Below are positions 60,724-64,000 of a DNA stretch of 64,000 bases, in pieces. Origin of the DNA: an uncultured delta proteobacterium (GTDB lineage: Bacteria; Myxococcota; Kuafuiibacteriia; Kuafuiibacteriales; Kuafuiibacteriaceae); the NCBI GenBank assembly GCA_963803435.1, contig CAWDML010000007.1, forward strand, positions 416,001-480,000, written 5' to 3'. The translations under genes and the position numbers were made by a program. The notes below the pieces were generated by a model. That model saw nothing but the letters and a program-made list of their open reading frames with translations, was not told the origin of the DNA and searched no databases. The stretch's first letter is position 1; each line of letters opens with the position of its first letter.

Positions 60724-62352
60724 GTGCAGATCACGTCCGAGGTTTCTGCTGCGCGGACGCGCCTGGATCTAGCCTCCGACGGACCGAAGGCACGGACCGC
60801 CGAGACCGTCTTGCCGGAGCTCCGGTCGGGCTATCGAGGCTCCCCTTCTGTGCCCAACCTCGGCCTCAAGCCGCACCAGCGGGCCGGGCGGATCATCCTC
60901 CCGGCGCGGGCAGAGCGGCCTCCGGCGCGCGACTTCCTCGCCGCGGTCCTCGCCCACTTCGAAGCCTCCGCCGCTCGGCTGCGCCTTCAGGCGCCGATCC
61001 GCGACCGGATCGCGACGCCCGAGCATGTCACCACGGTTCACTTCACGGTGAGGATGGACGACGGCTCGGACCGCCCGCTGGTCTTTCGCCGGGTTCGCCA
61101 ATCGACGGCCCTCGGGCCCGCCAAGGGTGGGATCCGCTGGGCCAAGGGCGCGGGAGAGAACGTGGTCCGCGCCCTCGCCTTCGAGATGCCGCTCAAGCCG
61201 TCCTTGTACGGGCTCCCGCTCGGCGGCGCCAAGGGTGGCATCGACATCGATCCGTCGGAGCTGTCGGTGCGCGAGTCGGCGGCGGTCATGCGAGGATCGA
61301 TCCGCGCCGCGATGGACGAGGTATGGCGGAGCGAGGGCGCGCTCGCGTTCGGACCGAAGACCGACGTCCCGGCGCCGGACGTGGGCACCTCGCATCCCGA
61401 GATCAACCTCATGGATCTGGCGGTCGACGAGTACCTGGGCTGGCTCGTCGACAACCAGCGAGGTGAAGCCGACGGCTTCGTCGTACCGGCCGAGCTGACC
61501 GACGTGAAGCCCGGCGCCGAGACCGAGACGCCGTACCTCGACCGCTACCTCCAGCTCTTCGAGCAGGGGAAGATCGACAACCTCGGGCTGATCGCCACCT
61601 TCACCGGCAAGAGCGTGGACAAGGGCGGATCGCTCGGTCGTACCGCCGCCACCGGCCTGGGTGTGGCGTACGCGACGATCGAGATGCTCAAGCACGACGG
61701 CCGCCTGCCGCCGGACGCGCAGCGCTTCACCGGGCAGACGGTGGCGGTGCAAGGCTTCGGCAACGTGGGGCTGGGTGCTCTGAAGGCGTTCGTCGAGCTG
61801 GACGCCCGCGTCGTCGCGCTCCAGGAGTTCGACGGATCGCCGTACGCGCTCTACCGCCCGGGCGGCTTCGACCGAGAGACGATCGACGAGATGATCGCCT
61901 TCAAGAAGGCGCACGGCACGCTCCGCGGCTTCCCGGGCGCGGAGGTGCTCCGCCCGGCGGCTTTCTGGAAGCTGCCGGTCGACGTGCTGGCGCCGTGCGC
62001 GAAGGAAAACGAGCTCACCGAGACGATCGCCCGGACGCTGGCCGCGCCCTACGTGACCGAGGGCGCCAACGGCCCCACGGCCGAGGGTGCCGATCGGCGC
62101 CTCGAGCGACGGGGCATCACCGTGCTTCCGGACATTTTCGCGAACGCCGCCGGCGTCATCGTCAGCTGGTTCGAGATGCTCCAGAACATGCGCGGCGAGC
62201 GCTGGTCGCTGGAGCGCGTGATGACCGAGCTCCACGAGCAGATGTCCCTGGCGTTCCATGCGCTTGCAGAGGTTCGGGACCAGGGCCAGGTGACGTTCCG
62301 CGAGGCGGCCTTCGATCGCGCGGTGCACGGCCTGGCCGCCGCGCTCGTGTAA
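60724..62352 (+). CDS. Glu/Leu/Phe/Val dehydrogenase (glutamate dehydrogenase-like) with N-terminal extension and internal insertion
   Basis: GPAKGGIR, GGAKGGI, DVPAPDVGT, FTGK..GGSLGR..ATGLG, VQGFGNVG, EGANGP, PDIFANAAGV. Confidence 0.88.
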   Translation: MQITSEVSAARTRLDLASDGPKARTAETVLPELRSGYRGSPSVPNLGLKPHQRAGRIILPARAERPPARDFLAAVLAHFEASAARLRLQAPIRDRIATPEHVTTVHFTVRMDDGSDRPLVFRRVRQSTALGPAKGGIRWAKGAGENVVRALAFEMPLKPSLYGLPLGGAKGGIDIDPSELSVRESAAVMRGSIRAAMDEVWRSEGALAFGPKTDVPAPDVGTSHPEINLMDLAVDEYLGWLVDNQRGEADGFVVPAELTDVKPGAETETPYLDRYLQLFEQGKIDNLGLIATFTGKSVDKGGSLGRTAATGLGVAYATIEMLKHDGRLPPDAQRFTGQTVAVQGFGNVGLGALKAFVELDARVVALQEFDGSPYALYRPGGFDRETIDEMIAFKKAHGTLRGFPGAEVLRPAAFWKLPVDVLAPCAKENELTETIARTLAAPYVTEGANGPTAEGADRRLERRGITVLPDIFANAAGVIVSWFEMLQNMRGERWSLERVMTELHEQMSLAFHALAEVRDQGQVTFREAAFDRAVHGLAAALV

Positions 62353-62425
62353 CTTCGGACACATCAGTCTCCGACGAATGGCGCTGGAGGTGCGACCACA
62401 GCCTACGATAACGTCAAGAAGCACG

Positions 62426-64000
62426 ATGCGGACCCCGGGGCTGAAGCCGCCGTCCTCTCCATCGATCGAGGGGGCGGGGGAGCGCGTTTCGACCCCGGCA
62501 CCCGAGGCGATCCCGACCGGTCCGCCGGCGACCACCGAGGCGACGGCCGAGGTCGAGCAGCTCCGCACCAAGAACGCGGCCGCGCCCAGTCGAACCACGC
62601 CCGACATTCCGAGCAGCGGCGACGCTGCGGTCAAGTTCTTCACGGCGCGCAAGTCCTACGGGACCTACTTGCTCTCGCACGCGCTCCGCAACGAGCTCGC
62701 GAGCGCGTTCGGTCCGGAGGGCGTTCCATTCTTCGAGCTCTACTATCAGCTCGAAGCCATCGCCCGCGATCCCGCGGCGCCTCGGCCCCGGTTCCACGAT
62801 CTCAAGCGTCAATTCGACGAGGCCCTCGCCGCCTTCGGCCGCACCACCCACCCAGTGTCGGCCCGCATCCTCGACAAGATCTGGGAGGCCCGCCGCAGCC
62901 AGGACAGCAACTTCGACGCGATCCTCCGGAGCGTGTGCCTCAAAGCCGGACCGAGCGCCGACGAGTGGCGCACGCTCAACGACTTCTTCCAGCGCGCGAT
63001 CGGATCGCTGGCCCGCGATCAGGGCGTCTATCTCACTCTGGGCCGGAACGGCACGGACGCGTGGCCCTCGCTCCGCCTATTGAGCGCGCGCGAGAAGGAG
63101 CTCAAGCGGCTGTCCCGCGACGATCTACCGGCGTTTCAGCTGATCCACGAGCGGCGCGCCTTCTACCAGGAGCGCGACGCCGCCGTCCGCGACGCGATCG
63201 CCCGGATCGAACAGGAGGAGGGCGTCGACGTCGCCTCCCGCAAGGCGCTGGTGCGCGGGCGGGTCGTCACGATCGCGGACGTGCTCGACGATGCGGGACA
63301 GACCGCGCGCACCTTGATCCTCGACGTCGACGCCGTCCCGCGATCCTACGAGGAGTTCCTGTCCTGGCGGCAAGCGCTGCTCTCCGCCAAGGAGGAGCTG
63401 GTCAAGAGCGAGGGTGACGACAGGGCGTCGCGCGTCCTCTCCGACGCCCAGCTGGCCTCGATGCGGGTGGTCGACGACCGCGCGCTGGCGGAGCTCCCCG
63501 GGCCGGTGGAGATGCGCGGGCTCGCGGACGACGCCTCGACCCGCACGCTCGCCACCAAGCCGTACGGTAAGGATCGGATCGTCACCGAGGGCCGGTATGC
63601 CGGCATCCCGGTGCAGTCGCTGGTGGACAACGCCGGCCACCTGCTCGAGTCGGCGGTCGACCAGCCGGGACGGCAGGAGCCCTTTCTCTGGTACGACGAG
63701 CGCAAGCAGCGCCTGGTCCTCGACTTCCCCAACAAGCAGGGCGACTGGACCCCGATGCGCCAGGCCCTCCGCCGCTTGGCTCGGCAGGAGGAGGACATCG
63801 AATACGAACGCATCGACTACCAGCCGCGCTTCACCTTCCCGCCCTCGCTGTACGAGGAGATCGAGCAGATCATCGTCTCGCCGAGGCGAACCGCGCGCGC
63901 CACGGAGGTGCTCGAGTCGCACTTCGCCGAGCAAGCCCGACTCGAGACCGCCACCCGTCTGGAGGAGGCTGCCCGCTTCACGACCGAGGCGATCGGCGGC
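62426..64000 (+). CDS. Large hypothetical protein (partial, >525 aa, runs off the window end)
   Basis: Translated by hand (absent from the ORF track). ATG 62426, MRTPGLKPPSSPSIEG..., stop-free to base 64000 with GC3-rich codons; Pro/Ser/Thr-rich N-terminus. Confidence 0.75.
   Translation, partial: MRTPGLKPPSSPSIEGAGERVSTPAPEAIPTGPPATTEATAEVEQLRTKNAAAPSRTTPDIPSSGDAAVKFFTARKSYGTYLLSHALRNELASAFGPEGVPFFELYYQLEAIARDPAAPRPRFHDLKRQFDEALAAFGRTTHPVSARILDKIWEARRSQDSNFDAILRSVCLKAGPSADEWRTLNDFFQRAIGSLARDQGVYLTLGRNGTDAWPSLRLLSAREKELKRLSRDDLPAFQLIHERRAFYQERDAAVRDAIARIEQEEGVDVASRKALVRGRVVTIADVLDDAGQTARTLILDVDAVPRSYEEFLSWRQALLSAKEELVKSEGDDRASRVLSDAQLASMRVVDDRALAELPGPVEMRGLADDASTRTLATKPYGKDRIVTEGRYAGIPVQSLVDNAGHLLESAVDQPGRQEPFLWYDERKQRLVLDFPNKQGDWTPMRQALRRLARQEEDIEYERIDYQPRFTFPPSLYEEIEQIIVSPRRTARATEVLESHFAEQARLETATRLEEAARFTTEAIGG

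Noticed and set aside
60769-62652. Long antisense or alternate-frame ORFs (e.g. 627 aa here; also 23389-25455, 10005-12185, 3389-5113)
   Set aside because: Shadow ORFs expected in high-GC DNA; they overlap genes with clear motifs and have no recognisable domains.

Overview
High-GC bacterial chromosomal segment. The gene content (three Hanks-type Ser/Thr kinases, Cys-rich, Kelch and RCC1 lipoproteins, TPR protein, sigma-54 systems) suggests Myxococcota; this is an inference. It holds about 50 CDSs, and I saw no rRNA, tRNA or CRISPR array. Four genes (about 8 sites) are split by small frameshifts that look like long-read indel errors. Strongest candidate for an undescribed system: a largely translationally coupled cluster, marR-marC-asnB-unknown SAM methyltransferase-betaine-type ABC importer (50.6-56.8 kb), which looks like a synthesis-plus-uptake operon for an amidated, methylated compatible solute. 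Other highlights: a 1089-aa protein ending in a divergent PPK2 domain; an exosortase with its VIT-vWA PEP-CTERM target; a perfect 72-bp hairpin-rich tandem repeat fused in frame to a ceramidase-like gene; a sensorless hybrid kinase/NtrC cascade with candidate sigma-54 promoters nearby; a RegB/RegA-like pair; and an apparent pattern of leaderless promoters. All calls come from motif recognition by eye; no database search was run.
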